60,781 bases of DNA from an uncultured Haloferula sp. Lineage in GTDB: Bacteria > Verrucomicrobiota > Verrucomicrobiia > Verrucomicrobiales > Akkermansiaceae. Position 1 is the stretch's first letter. Every line of letters begins with the position of its first letter. The position numbers and the translations under genes were made by a program. The stretch lies in assembly GCA_965652295.1 (NCBI GenBank), contig CBFGTS010000021.1:1-60781 (forward strand), given 5' to 3'. Under the pieces are notes generated by a model. It was not told the DNA's origin, did not search any database, and saw nothing but the letters and a program-made list of their open reading frames with translations. Below are positions 9,409 to 19,155 of the stretch, piece by piece.

Positions 9409-10707
9409 ATGCCGCGCCCGTCGAAAAAGTTCCACGCCCATCCCTTCGAGTATCATCAGGAACTCGTCCTCGACATCGAGTCGCTGACCAACCTCGGCGA
9501 TGGCGTCGCCCGCGTTGAAATAGGGAGCGAGGGCCATCCTGCCCCCGGCACCACAGAGGCCTCGTCCGAAAAATGGGTCGTCTTCGTCCCCTTCACCCTA
9601 CCCGGCGAAAAGGTCCGCGCCCGGATTTTCCGAAACGACAAGAACCACTCGCGCGCCGACCTCCTCGAGGTCCTCGAACCCTCGCCTGATCGCGCACAGC
9701 CCGGCTGCCCGCTCTTTGGCGAATGCGGCGGCTGCCAGTACCAGCATCTCACCTACGAAGCCCAGCTCGCATGGAAAACCCGCCAGGTCGGCGAGCTTCT
9801 CCAGCACATGGCCGGCATCGAGCACGCCGTCGAACCCTGCCACCCGTCGCCGAAAATCTGGGGCTACCGCTCCAAGATCACCCCGCACTTCGCCAAGCCG
9901 CGCAACGGAGTCATCGACGCCATCGGCTTCCTCCCCAACGCCCGCCGCTCCGGCCAGATCGACGTCCCGAAGTGCCCGATCGCCATGGATCAGATCAACA
10001 CCGCCCTCCCCGCCATCCGCGAGGACGCGCGGCGCCGCGCCAAGACCTTCAAGCGCGGAGCCACCCTGTTGATCCGCGCCGTCGGAAACCGCGTCGAGAC
10101 CAACCCCAACGCGATTGCCTCCGAGCGCGTCGGAGATCTCTCCCTCGACTTTCTCGCCGGCGATTTTTTCCAGAACAACCCCTTCATCCTCCCCGATTTC
10201 ACCGGCTACGCCGCCGCCGAGGCGCGGAAGGGAAACACCCGCTTCCTTGTCGACGCTTACTGCGGTTCCGGGCTCTTCGCGCTCACCCTCGCGCCGCATT
10301 TCGAAAAAGTCGCCGGGGTCGAAGTCAGCGAGACCTCCGCCGATTGGGCCCGCCGCAACGCCCAGCAGAACGGCATCGATAACGCCACCTTCCTCGCCGC
10401 GTCCGCCGAGGCGATCTTCGAGGGCATCGAGTTTCCCGCCGATGAGACCGCGATCCTGATCGATCCCCCGCGAAAAGGCTGCTCTCAGGAATTCCTCGAC
10501 CAACTCATCGCCTTCCGCCCCGCCCGCGTGGTCTACGTTTCCTGTAATCCCGCCACCCAGATCCGCGATCTGACGATCCTCAGCGAAGGCGGCTATCAGC
10601 TCGAAAAAGTCCAGCCCTTCGACCTCTTCCCGCACACCCGCCACCTTGAGTGCGTGATGACGCTCTCGCGGACCCCGTGCGGCCCGTCCGTCGGCAATGC
10701 GAACTAA
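9409..10707 (+). CDS. RNA (uracil-5)-methyltransferase, RlmD/TrmA family
   Basis: TRAM-like start, CPLFGECGGCQYQH Fe-S motif, FFQNN, DAYCGSG, DPPRKG, YVSCNP, DLFPHTRHLE. Confidence 0.92.
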   Translation: MPRPSKKFHAHPFEYHQELVLDIESLTNLGDGVARVEIGSEGHPAPGTTEASSEKWVVFVPFTLPGEKVRARIFRNDKNHSRADLLEVLEPSPDRAQPGCPLFGECGGCQYQHLTYEAQLAWKTRQVGELLQHMAGIEHAVEPCHPSPKIWGYRSKITPHFAKPRNGVIDAIGFLPNARRSGQIDVPKCPIAMDQINTALPAIREDARRRAKTFKRGATLLIRAVGNRVETNPNAIASERVGDLSLDFLAGDFFQNNPFILPDFTGYAAAEARKGNTRFLVDAYCGSGLFALTLAPHFEKVAGVEVSETSADWARRNAQQNGIDNATFLAASAEAIFEGIEFPADETAILIDPPRKGCSQEFLDQLIAFRPARVVYVSCNPATQIRDLTILSEGGYQLEKVQPFDLFPHTRHLECVMTLSRTPCGPSVGNAN

Positions 10708-10970
10708 CGTTCGCGTTCCAATTGCTCCGCCACGCCCTCCGGCACTTCGAAGGTCTTGATCCGGCTCGTCCCACCCTTTTCCAGCCGCACCTCCGATTTC
10801 GCCACGCCGAGCCACTTCGCCAGGAATTTTTCGAGTTCCGCGTTCGCCTTCCCCTCCACCGGCGGCGCGGCGATCCGCACCCGCAGCACCCGCCCGGCCG
10901 TCGGATCCTCCTCCCAGCCCGTCACCTCGCTCTTCCTCGCATTCGGCGTCGCCTTTACCCGCAAGCGCAT
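10704..10970 (-). CDS. DUF167 (YggU) family protein
   Basis: VKATPNARKS, LRVRIAAPPVEGKAN, GGTSRIK; ATG 10970. Confidence 0.9.
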   Translation of the reverse strand: MRLRVKATPNARKSEVTGWEEDPTAGRVLRVRIAAPPVEGKANAELEKFLAKWLGVAKSEVRLEKGGTSRIKTFEVPEGVAEQLERER

Positions 10971-11009
10971 GCTTGATTCCACGCGATCCCGAACCCCGAA
11001 GCGAGCCCA

Positions 11010-11780
11010 TTGAAAGTCCTGCTCCACATCGCTTACGACGGCACCGCTTATGACGGCTGGCAATCCCAGCCCAGCGGCCGCACCGTTCAGGATCAGGTCG
11101 AGCGCGCCCTTCACGAGATCTTCCGGGAAAAAATCCGCCTCGAATCCGCGAGCCGCACCGATGCCGGCGTCCACGCCCACGCCATGCCCGCGCACTTCGA
11201 GGTCGATGCCCCCTCCGTTCGCCCCGACCGGCTTCCCCCCGCGCTCAACCATTTCCTGCCGGACGATGTCCGCGTGATCGACGCTGAAACCGTCGCGCCC
11301 GGTTTCCACGCCCGCTTCGACGCCACCGGGAAAACCTACCACTACACCCTCTGGAATCACCCCGCGATGCACCCGCTGCACCGCCACCGCGCCTGGCACG
11401 TTCCGGCACAACTCGACCTCGCCGCCATGCGCGAAGCCGCCGTCCACCTCACCGGCACCCACGATTTCCTCGCCTTCACCGTCACCTGCCCCGGCGAACT
11501 CAAGGACCCCATCCGCACCCTCCGCCGCTGCGATATCCGGCAGAACGGACCGGAAATCACCCTCGTCATCGAGGGCGACAGCTTCCTCTACAAAATGGCC
11601 CGCGCCCTCGCCGGACTCCTCGTCCAGATCGGCACCGGAAAACGCAGGACCGATGAAATTCCGCAACTCCTCCAGCCCAAATTGCTGCCTCCAGGCACCC
11701 GCGCCGGTGTCATCGCCCCAGCGCACGGGCTGGCGCTATGGGACGTGGCCTACCCGCAGCGCCGCCACAAATCGGTGTAA
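11010..11780 (+). CDS. truA: tRNA pseudouridine(38-40) synthase TruA
   Basis: AYDGTAYDGWQSQ, SRTDAGVHA, FHARFDA, GTHDF, FLYKMAR, APAHGL. Confidence 0.95.
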   Translation: MKVLLHIAYDGTAYDGWQSQPSGRTVQDQVERALHEIFREKIRLESASRTDAGVHAHAMPAHFEVDAPSVRPDRLPPALNHFLPDDVRVIDAETVAPGFHARFDATGKTYHYTLWNHPAMHPLHRHRAWHVPAQLDLAAMREAAVHLTGTHDFLAFTVTCPGELKDPIRTLRRCDIRQNGPEITLVIEGDSFLYKMARALAGLLVQIGTGKRRTDEIPQLLQPKLLPPGTRAGVIAPAHGLALWDVAYPQRRHKSV

Positions 11781-11796
11781 ATCACTGGGTTTCGGC

Positions 11797-11824
11797 TTGT
11801 CATCGCCACCCCAGCTCCTAGTTT
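11797..11824 (+). promoter_or_regulatory. Putative sigma70 promoter of rpsA
   Basis: TTGTCA-N16-TAGTTT. Confidence 0.45.
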
Positions 11825-11946
11825 CGCCGCCCGTTTCTCTTTCCTGAAGCTGGCACGCAGTTGGAGCCCCGTGGCGTGTCGGACGAAAAATCGGGGCAAT
11901 TTGGAAAGGCAAGCGAGTTAACCAAACCAACCAACCCTTAACCCCA

Positions 11947-13656
11947 ATGAGCACCGCAGTGCTTAACAACACCAACGCCGAACTGAGCGATCTGATCGAC
12001 TCCAAGTTCCGCGAGTTCAAGGAAGGAACGATCGTCAAAGGCACGATCATTGAAATCCGTCCGCAGGTCGTCCTCGTCGATATCGGTTACAAGTCCGAGG
12101 GCACCATCATGGCCTCCGAATTCGAAGACGAGGAGATCGAAGTCGGCGACGAAGTCGAAGTCCTCCTTGAGAAGCTCGAAAACGACGAAGGCATGGTCGT
12201 CCTCTCCAAGGAGAAGGCCGCCCACAAGCAGAACTGGGAAAAGATCGTCCGCGTTTACGAGGACGGCGGCCTGGTTCGCGGCAAGGTCAAGTCGGTCGTC
12301 AAGGGCGGTCTCACCGTCAACGTCGGCGTCGAAGCCTTCCTCCCCGGCTCCCAGGTGGACATCATTCCGCCGAAGGATCTCTCCGAATACGTCGGCAACA
12401 TCTACGAGTTCAAGATCGTCAAGGTGAACGACGACCGGAAGAACATCGTGCTTTCCCGCCGCGAGGTCATCGAGGCCGAGCGCGCCGAACTGCGCCAGCA
12501 GTTCCTCCGCACCGTCAAGGTCGGCGACAAGGTCACCGGCGCGGTCAAGAACATCACCGACTTCGGTGCGTTCGTCGACCTGCAGGGCATGGATGGCCTG
12601 CTTCACGTCACCGACATGTCATGGGGCCGCATCAACCACCCGTCGGAAATGCTCATGATCGGCCAGTCGGTCGAAGTCATGATCCTCGACGTGGACCGCG
12701 AGAAGGAGCGCGTCTCCCTCGGCCTCAAGCAGATGACCGACAACCCCTGGGAAGACATCGAGGCCAAGTTCCCGATCGGCACCCAGGTCAAGGGCCGCGT
12801 CACCAAGCTCCTGCCCTACGGCGCGTTCGTCGAAATCGAGCGTGGCGTCGAAGGTCTCGTCCACGTGTCCGAGCTTTCCTGGGTCAAGCGCATCACCCGC
12901 CCGAGCGACGTGCTCGAGCTGGATCAGGAAATCGAAGCCGTCGTTCTCGGCATTTCGATCGAAGAGCAGAAGATCTCCCTCGGCGTTCGCCAGCTCGAAC
13001 CCAATCCCTGGGACGAGATCGAGGTCCGCTACCCGATCGGTGCCACCATCAAGGGCCCGGTCCGCAACCTCACCGCCTACGGCGCGTTCGTCGAACTCGA
13101 GGAAGGCATCGATGGCATGGTCCACGTCTCCGACATGTCCTGGACCCGCAAGATCAACCACCCCTCCGAAGTTCTCAAAAAGAACGACGAGGTCGAAGCG
13201 ATCGTGCTTTCCATCGACAAGGCCAACCAGCGCGTCTCGCTCGGCCTCAAGCAGCTTGAGGACGATCCGTGGAGCCACATCGACGACCGCTTCAAGGTCG
13301 GCGACCTGGTCAAGGGCACCGTCGCGAAGATCGCTTCGTTCGGCGCGTTCGTAAACCTCGACGGCGACATCGACGGCCTCATCCACATCTCGCAGCTCAG
13401 CGAGAACCACGTGGAAAAGGTCAAGGACGTCATCAAGGTCGGCGACGAAATCGAAGCCCGCGTCATCAAGGTCGACAAGGTCGAGCGCCGCATCGGTCTC
13501 TCGATCAAGGCCGTCAGCTACTCGGAAGAGGAGCTCAAGAAGGAGAGCGCCAGCTTCGAAAGCCTGCGCCCGTCCTCCGAGATGGTCGGCCTCGAGCAGG
13601 CCTTCAACCTCGCCGCCGCTGCGGCCGAGGAGTGGAGCCCGTCCGACGAGGATTGA
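11947..13656 (+). CDS. rpsA: 30S ribosomal protein S1
   Basis: Six S1 repeats (DIGYKSEG, AFLPGSQVD, FGAFVDL, GLLHVTDMSW, GLIHISQL). Confidence 0.98.
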   Translation: MSTAVLNNTNAELSDLIDSKFREFKEGTIVKGTIIEIRPQVVLVDIGYKSEGTIMASEFEDEEIEVGDEVEVLLEKLENDEGMVVLSKEKAAHKQNWEKIVRVYEDGGLVRGKVKSVVKGGLTVNVGVEAFLPGSQVDIIPPKDLSEYVGNIYEFKIVKVNDDRKNIVLSRREVIEAERAELRQQFLRTVKVGDKVTGAVKNITDFGAFVDLQGMDGLLHVTDMSWGRINHPSEMLMIGQSVEVMILDVDREKERVSLGLKQMTDNPWEDIEAKFPIGTQVKGRVTKLLPYGAFVEIERGVEGLVHVSELSWVKRITRPSDVLELDQEIEAVVLGISIEEQKISLGVRQLEPNPWDEIEVRYPIGATIKGPVRNLTAYGAFVELEEGIDGMVHVSDMSWTRKINHPSEVLKKNDEVEAIVLSIDKANQRVSLGLKQLEDDPWSHIDDRFKVGDLVKGTVAKIASFGAFVNLDGDIDGLIHISQLSENHVEKVKDVIKVGDEIEARVIKVDKVERRIGLSIKAVSYSEEELKKESASFESLRPSSEMVGLEQAFNLAAAAAEEWSPSDED

Positions 13657-13678
13657 TCCTCACACCGCAAGGTATTTC

Positions 13679-13716
13679 AAAGCCGGTCCCGCCAGTCGGG
13701 GCCGGCTTTTTCTTTT
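13679..13716 (+). terminator. Intrinsic terminator of rpsA
   Basis: aaagccggtcccg-ccagt-cggggccggcttt followed by a T tract. Confidence 0.88.
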
Positions 13717-13800
13717 CCTTTCGGACCGCGTCGATTCATCGCCGCTTTTCCCGGCGGCCCGAACCCCACGGACGAATCCGCGCACGCTAAACATCTCCCG

Positions 13801-14325
13801 TCAGCGCCGGCGCTGCCGCCACAGCCAGCCGAGATAAACCATCCCCGCCACCGCACCCGCCAGATAGCAGGCGAGCTGGATCGACTGACTCGTCACCAAC
13901 TCCCGCCTCATATCGGGGTACAGGATTTCAGGAAAAAACGGACGGCCGGTGGTCCACGACCAGGCCCCGGCGGCAAGGCCGCACAGCTCGGTGACCACCA
14001 GCGCCGGCCAAACGCCCAGCAGGATCCGCCGGACCGGCACCGGCGGGCGTTTCCCCGCCCTGCCGATGAACAGGGCCGCCAAGCCCAACGGGATTCCCGG
14101 CTCGATCGACGCCCTGAAGGCCCACGCCGCCGCCAACAACCGGAGATTTTCAATTCCCCACAAAGGCTCGTGATAAACGGTGAAATGCTCCGGCGCGAGC
14201 GGAGCGAGGTAGAGGTTGTGCAGCTGACAATAGATCGCCACCTCCAGCCAAACGCCGAAAATCACGGCATAGCTCACGGAGCGGCGTTCGCCCGACAAAT
14301 TCCAGACGCCACGCCGCGCCGTCAT
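13801..14325 (-). CDS. Hypothetical membrane protein (about 4 TM)
   Basis: Hydrophobic segments; ATGA overlap with the upstream kinase; start uncertain. Confidence 0.65.
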   Translation of the reverse strand: MTARRGVWNLSGERRSVSYAVIFGVWLEVAIYCQLHNLYLAPLAPEHFTVYHEPLWGIENLRLLAAAWAFRASIEPGIPLGLAALFIGRAGKRPPVPVRRILLGVWPALVVTELCGLAAGAWSWTTGRPFFPEILYPDMRRELVTSQSIQLACYLAGAVAGMVYLGWLWRQRRR

Positions 14326-15476
14326 GCGTGCGGAAAGACCAGCCGGAACCGGGCACCTTCCCCGGGCCCACTCACCAGTTCGATGGTGCCGCCTTCCTGA
14401 TCGACCAGCTTTTTGACGATCGACAAGCCCAGCCCGGTGGACTCCTCGCCCCCCGTGGGTTCAGCGCTGAGGCGGGCGTATCGTTGGAAAAGCCGGTCGC
14501 GATCACCTTTCGAAAAGCCCGGGCCTTGATCCGCGATCTCGATCCGGCTGTGACCACCGGTTTCCTCCACGGAAATCCGCACCGTGCCGCCGCTGGGGGT
14601 GAACTTCATGGCGTTGCTGAGGAGGTTTTCGACGATCTGCGCCACCGCCCAACCCGCGACGCGGACGGAGTTCCGGTGCGGAGGCGAGGCGTATTCCAGG
14701 TTCAGGCCCTTCTCCCGTGCGGAGCCGAGGTGACGGGAAATGACCTCGCTGACACGCCCGGGCAGATCCTCGCAAACTTCACCGTGGCCGCGGTCGGCCG
14801 CGGCGATCCGGGACAACATCTCATTTCCCCGCCGCGAGGCATCACTCAGAGCCTCAACCAGCGGCTGCAAGTCCACCGGAAGCTCGGAAACCCTCGATTC
14901 CAGGATGGCACTCGCCATGGTCACGCCGGAGAGGGGGTTCTTCAGGTCATGGATGATCAGGTCGAGGTCCGTGCGGGACTGCTGGCGCTCGCTGCGGTGA
15001 TCGATGTAATCGGCCACGATGGCGGTGAAATCCCGGGTCAGGCGGATTTCCCGCGGCGTCCACGAACGGGGTTGGGAATCGATGACACAAAACGTGCCGT
15101 AGATCTGGTGGTCGTGCCCGACGAGCGGAAAGCCGAGGTAAGCCAGGACGCCGAGGTCCTTGACTGCGCCGTTTTCCGCCACGCGGGGGTCGGTCCGGGC
15201 ATCCCGGATGATGAAAGGCGCGCGGGCGCGGACCGCATGCTTGCAGAAGGAATGGCTCAGCGGCGTCCGGCGGCTGTCCTGATAGGGCGCGGGCAGGCCC
15301 GACGCACCGACGAAAACCTGGCACTCGGAATCGACGAGTGAAACAAGGCACACCGGCACCTTCAACACCTCCGCGGCCATCTCCGTGACGCGATCGAACT
15401 CCTCCGCGCGGACCACATCCAGCAGTCCGGTCTGGCGCAGGGACTCAAGTCGGGCCGGGTCGTGAATCGGATCCAT
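14322..15476 (-). CDS. GAF-domain sensor histidine kinase (HisKA-HATPase)
   Basis: GAF (SHSFCKH, AYLGFPL, GTFCVID); IHDLKNPL, ENLLSNAMKF, DQGPG, TGLGLSIV. Confidence 0.92.
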   Translation of the reverse strand: MDPIHDPARLESLRQTGLLDVVRAEEFDRVTEMAAEVLKVPVCLVSLVDSECQVFVGASGLPAPYQDSRRTPLSHSFCKHAVRARAPFIIRDARTDPRVAENGAVKDLGVLAYLGFPLVGHDHQIYGTFCVIDSQPRSWTPREIRLTRDFTAIVADYIDHRSERQQSRTDLDLIIHDLKNPLSGVTMASAILESRVSELPVDLQPLVEALSDASRRGNEMLSRIAAADRGHGEVCEDLPGRVSEVISRHLGSAREKGLNLEYASPPHRNSVRVAGWAVAQIVENLLSNAMKFTPSGGTVRISVEETGGHSRIEIADQGPGFSKGDRDRLFQRYARLSAEPTGGEESTGLGLSIVKKLVDQEGGTIELVSGPGEGARFRLVFPHA

Positions 15477-15569
15477 CGCTGTATTACCAAGGTCCGTCAA
15501 ACGGCTGTAATTAGAAACGACTCCGACCAGCTGGCAAGGCCGGATCCGGGGGGCGATTCCACCCGTGCT

Positions 15570-16277
15570 TCAACTCATGGAATCCGGTGAGTCGGACCTG
15601 TCGGAATCCACCCATTTCACGGCATAGCGCATGAGTTCGCTGCCGGTGGCGAGGCCGAGCTTTTCGCGGATGTTGGACCGGTGCGCGCCCACCGTCCTCG
15701 GGCTGATGCCAAGCGTCTGGGCGATCGTTCCGGACGGTTGACCGCGACCTATCAGCTCAAGGATTTCCAGCTCACGGTCGGTCAGGCGGGTGGTGCCGGG
15801 GTCCTTGGCTCCTTGGCCCTTGCCGCCTGCCATCCGTTTCAGAAGCAGGCGGTTCATGCGCGGGCTCAGGTAAACCTCGCCGCTCAGGATCAGGCGCAGG
15901 CCCTCGACGACCTGATGCGTGGCCTGATCCTTCATCAGGTAGCCGTTCGCCCCGGCCTTCAGCGCCCGTTCGGCGTAGAGCGATTCATCATGCATGGAGA
16001 GCACCAGCACCGGTGCCGGAATGCCCGCCGCACGGAGATCCTTGATCAATTCCAGGCCGCTTCCGTCTTTCAGCGAAAGATCGAGGAGGATCACATCGGG
16101 TCCGGCGGAGCGCACCGCATCCACCGCGCCGCGGACTTGGGCGTACTCCCCGACAACCCGCATGTCCGGCTCAAGCGACACGACTTTTGCCAGTCCCTCA
16201 CGCATCAGGGGATGGTCATCGATGACGAAGACGCCGATCAGTTCACCGGATGGCTTTGTGGATGAAACGGAAGACAT
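15570..16277 (-). CDS. NarL/LuxR-family response regulator
   Basis: IDDHPLMREG, ILLDLSL, LSMHDE, GYLMK; HTH LTDRELEIL..ISPRTVGAHRSNIREKL. Confidence 0.94.
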   Translation of the reverse strand: MSSVSSTKPSGELIGVFVIDDHPLMREGLAKVVSLEPDMRVVGEYAQVRGAVDAVRSAGPDVILLDLSLKDGSGLELIKDLRAAGIPAPVLVLSMHDESLYAERALKAGANGYLMKDQATHQVVEGLRLILSGEVYLSPRMNRLLLKRMAGGKGQGAKDPGTTRLTDRELEILELIGRGQPSGTIAQTLGISPRTVGAHRSNIREKLGLATGSELMRYAVKWVDSDRSDSPDSMS

Positions 16278-16288
16278 GGGAAATAGAG

Positions 16289-18952
16289 TTAGGATCTTGG
16301 CTCGGGAACGCCAGGCAGCCGGATGGTGCAGACCACCTGGATGCCCCGCCCGGCCGGCGATTTGCCGATCACCAGCCTGCCACCCAGAGTCTGGGCGCGG
16401 TATCTCATCGAGCGAAGGCCGAGGCCCTCCTTGAGCGCATCGGGCCGCCCGTCGCCGTCGTCCCAAACCCGCAGCACCACGCGGTGGCTCTGGCTGGATA
16501 GCTCGACGGTGATCACCTCCGCGTTGGCATGTCGGGCGGCATTGAACACGGCCTCGCGGGCGATGATGAACAACTGCGTGGCCACCGGCTCGCCGGGCTC
16601 CGGCCCGTTGAGATGGTCCACGAAATCGCACATCACCCCGCCGAACAGATCCGGCACCAGTTCACAGTAGTCCGCCAGCGCTTGGGCCAGCCCTCTTTCC
16701 TGCAGGGTCACGGGGCAAAGGCCGCGGGCGATCTCCCGCGATTGATGGGTGATGCGGTTGATCCGTCCCACCAGCGACTCCACTTCCCCTGCAAACGGGG
16801 AATCGCTCAGGCTCAGTTTTCGACTCAATGCCTGCCCGAGCATGCCCACTCCGCTGAGCTCCTGGCACAGGCTGTCGTGCAGCTCGCGGCCGATCCGCTC
16901 CTTCTCCCGCTCCGCCGCCTCCAGCACGTCCTTCTGCAGCCGCCGCAAGCGCGTCACGTCGTCGGCGAGGACGAAGATCCCCTGCACTCCGCCGTGGGCA
17001 TCAAAATGCGGCACATAGTGGGCACGGTACGCCCGAATGCCGTCGCGAGGCAGGTCCACGGAGATCTCGAAATGCTGCTCCTCCCCCCGCAGGGCGGCCC
17101 GCAGGTGGGGCTCGATCTCGACAAAATTGTCCGGCCCGAAGGCATCCTTCACCTCCCGCCCCACGAACTCGCCGGGCTTCATCTGGAACTCCTCCTCGTA
17201 AAGCCGGTTGAGGAAACGGTAGCGCAGATCCGGATCGACGTAGGCGAAGAGCGCCGGGACGTTGTCCGAAAGCACGCGCAGCTCCTCGGTCCGCGCGTCC
17301 ACCTCCGATTCCAGTATTTCCTTCGCCTCCACCATCATCCGCTCGGCCTTCAGACTCTCGGAAACGTCCTGGATCATCGCGAAATATCCCGCCACCTCCC
17401 CGTCCCGCACGTCCGGAATGAAGTTCACCTCGACGTCCCGGGCCCCTCCGCTGCGGTAGGGAAGACTGCCGCGGTAGGAAACCCGCTTGCCCGCCATCAC
17501 CCGCCGGATGTGCGGCTCCACCCGTGCGTAGGCGTCCTCGCCGGTCACCTCGCGCACCTTCCGACCGATCAATGCTTCGGGCTCCACGCCGAACCACTCG
17601 CGGTAGGCGGCGTTGCAGAAAACGTAGCGACCGTCCGCATCGCAAAGCGCCAGCAGCACCGGCATTGCGTCCGCCACCAGCCGGTAGCGCCGGCGGCTCT
17701 CTTCCAGCTCGCGGACCACCCGGTGCCGCCGCACCCGCTCGTAGATCACGTGGGCCACCGCTTGCAAAAAGTTCACGTCGTCCTGCGTGAACACCCGCTC
17801 CTCCCTCGTGTGGATCCCGAACACCCCCCAAGGCTCCTTTTCCGTGCCGATCACCACGCTCATGCCGCTCACCACCCCGTGGCTACTGAGGAGCTGTGGG
17901 CCGCAGAAACGGGTCTCCTCCTTGAGGCTCCGGACGATGACAGGACCCTTCGACACCAGGGTAAAACTCGCCTGCGAGCCGCTCTCAGCCCCGATCCGGG
18001 ACGTCCCCACCGCCCCCTCCTCCCAGCCCACGCCAGCGAGGAGCAACAGGTTTTTCCCATCCTCATCCAACCGCAGCACCTTCGCCAGCGGCACGTCCAG
18101 CACGCTTGAGCTCAGTTCCGCCGCTTCCTGGCACAAGGCCTCGATGGCGATGTCTCCCAATGCCTTCCGCCCCAGTTCGGCGATCGCAGCATGCTGTCGT
18201 TCACGCGCCGCGATCTGCCGCGCCTGCTGCCTCAGCACGCTGACATCGGAAAACGTGATCACCACCCCGCCGAGTCCGCCGTCGGCAAGACGGTAGGGAC
18301 CGACGCGCCGCAGAAACGCGCGGCCGTCCTCCCGCGTCACCTCCTCCGCCACCACCTGCGCGGATTCCAAGGCCACTCGGCAATCCTCCAGCAGGCCGGC
18401 GTCCGCCAAGCCCGGAGCAACCCGCGCCAGCTCCTGCCCCAGATCTCCGGGCGACAAGCGCACCAGCCGCACCGTGGCCGGGGTGAAGCGACGCAGACGC
18501 AGGGCCGGATCGAGGAAAATCGTCGCGATGTCCGTGCTCAAGAGAAGGTTGTTGAGGTCGTTATTGGCGTGCTCCAGCTCACGGATCTTCTCCTCCAGCT
18601 GCACGTTCACCCCGGACAGCTCCTCATTGAGGACCTGAAGCTCCTCCCAGCTCGCCTCCAGCTCCTCGTTCGCGCTTTGCAGCTCCTCGTGGGAGGCCTC
18701 CAGCGCGGTGCGGGGGGAGACCATCCTGCTATTCGCCAAACGGACGTCGCCGTCCGAGATTTCGAGATAACACGTTTCAGGAAGCACATAAATCCGGCTC
18801 CCCTCGATCCTCGTTTCCGCGCCGAGAGCCGCGACAGGCAGCGGACCCGCGTTCACCAACGCACTCCCCAGCTCCCAAGGAGCCGTCCGCTCCAGCCCCA
18901 GCAGACACAGGGTAAGTCCGTGATCATTCTCCTTGGAGCCACCGCCCGACAT
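16289..18952 (-). CDS. Cytoplasmic PAS/GAF/PAS/PAS HisKA_3 sensor kinase with a CheB-CheR-fusion-type N-terminal remnant
   Basis: EELQSANEEL coil, NNLLLSTDIATIFLD PAS, GAF, two PAS, ERIGRELHDSLCQEL, EAVFNAARHA, GLGL; AGGAGGT upstream of the ATG. Confidence 0.88.
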   Translation of the reverse strand: MSGGGSKENDHGLTLCLLGLERTAPWELGSALVNAGPLPVAALGAETRIEGSRIYVLPETCYLEISDGDVRLANSRMVSPRTALEASHEELQSANEELEASWEELQVLNEELSGVNVQLEEKIRELEHANNDLNNLLLSTDIATIFLDPALRLRRFTPATVRLVRLSPGDLGQELARVAPGLADAGLLEDCRVALESAQVVAEEVTREDGRAFLRRVGPYRLADGGLGGVVITFSDVSVLRQQARQIAARERQHAAIAELGRKALGDIAIEALCQEAAELSSSVLDVPLAKVLRLDEDGKNLLLLAGVGWEEGAVGTSRIGAESGSQASFTLVSKGPVIVRSLKEETRFCGPQLLSSHGVVSGMSVVIGTEKEPWGVFGIHTREERVFTQDDVNFLQAVAHVIYERVRRHRVVRELEESRRRYRLVADAMPVLLALCDADGRYVFCNAAYREWFGVEPEALIGRKVREVTGEDAYARVEPHIRRVMAGKRVSYRGSLPYRSGGARDVEVNFIPDVRDGEVAGYFAMIQDVSESLKAERMMVEAKEILESEVDARTEELRVLSDNVPALFAYVDPDLRYRFLNRLYEEEFQMKPGEFVGREVKDAFGPDNFVEIEPHLRAALRGEEQHFEISVDLPRDGIRAYRAHYVPHFDAHGGVQGIFVLADDVTRLRRLQKDVLEAAEREKERIGRELHDSLCQELSGVGMLGQALSRKLSLSDSPFAGEVESLVGRINRITHQSREIARGLCPVTLQERGLAQALADYCELVPDLFGGVMCDFVDHLNGPEPGEPVATQLFIIAREAVFNAARHANAEVITVELSSQSHRVVLRVWDDGDGRPDALKEGLGLRSMRYRAQTLGGRLVIGKSPAGRGIQVVCTIRLPGVPEPRS

Positions 18953-19155
18953 ACGCCACCTCCTACCATCGCCACCAGCCGGGAAACAGGGGAATTTCCC
19001 TGGTGACGAAAGCTAAATTCATCCCTAGTCGAAACGCGTACTTACCTAGGAAATAGCGCTGTGTTAAAATCCGGCCGAACACCAATTTACCTCCGGTCCG
19101 CTTTCCGCTCTTATGGATCAGGTTCTCCCCCCTGAGCATCTATCAACTTCCGAGA

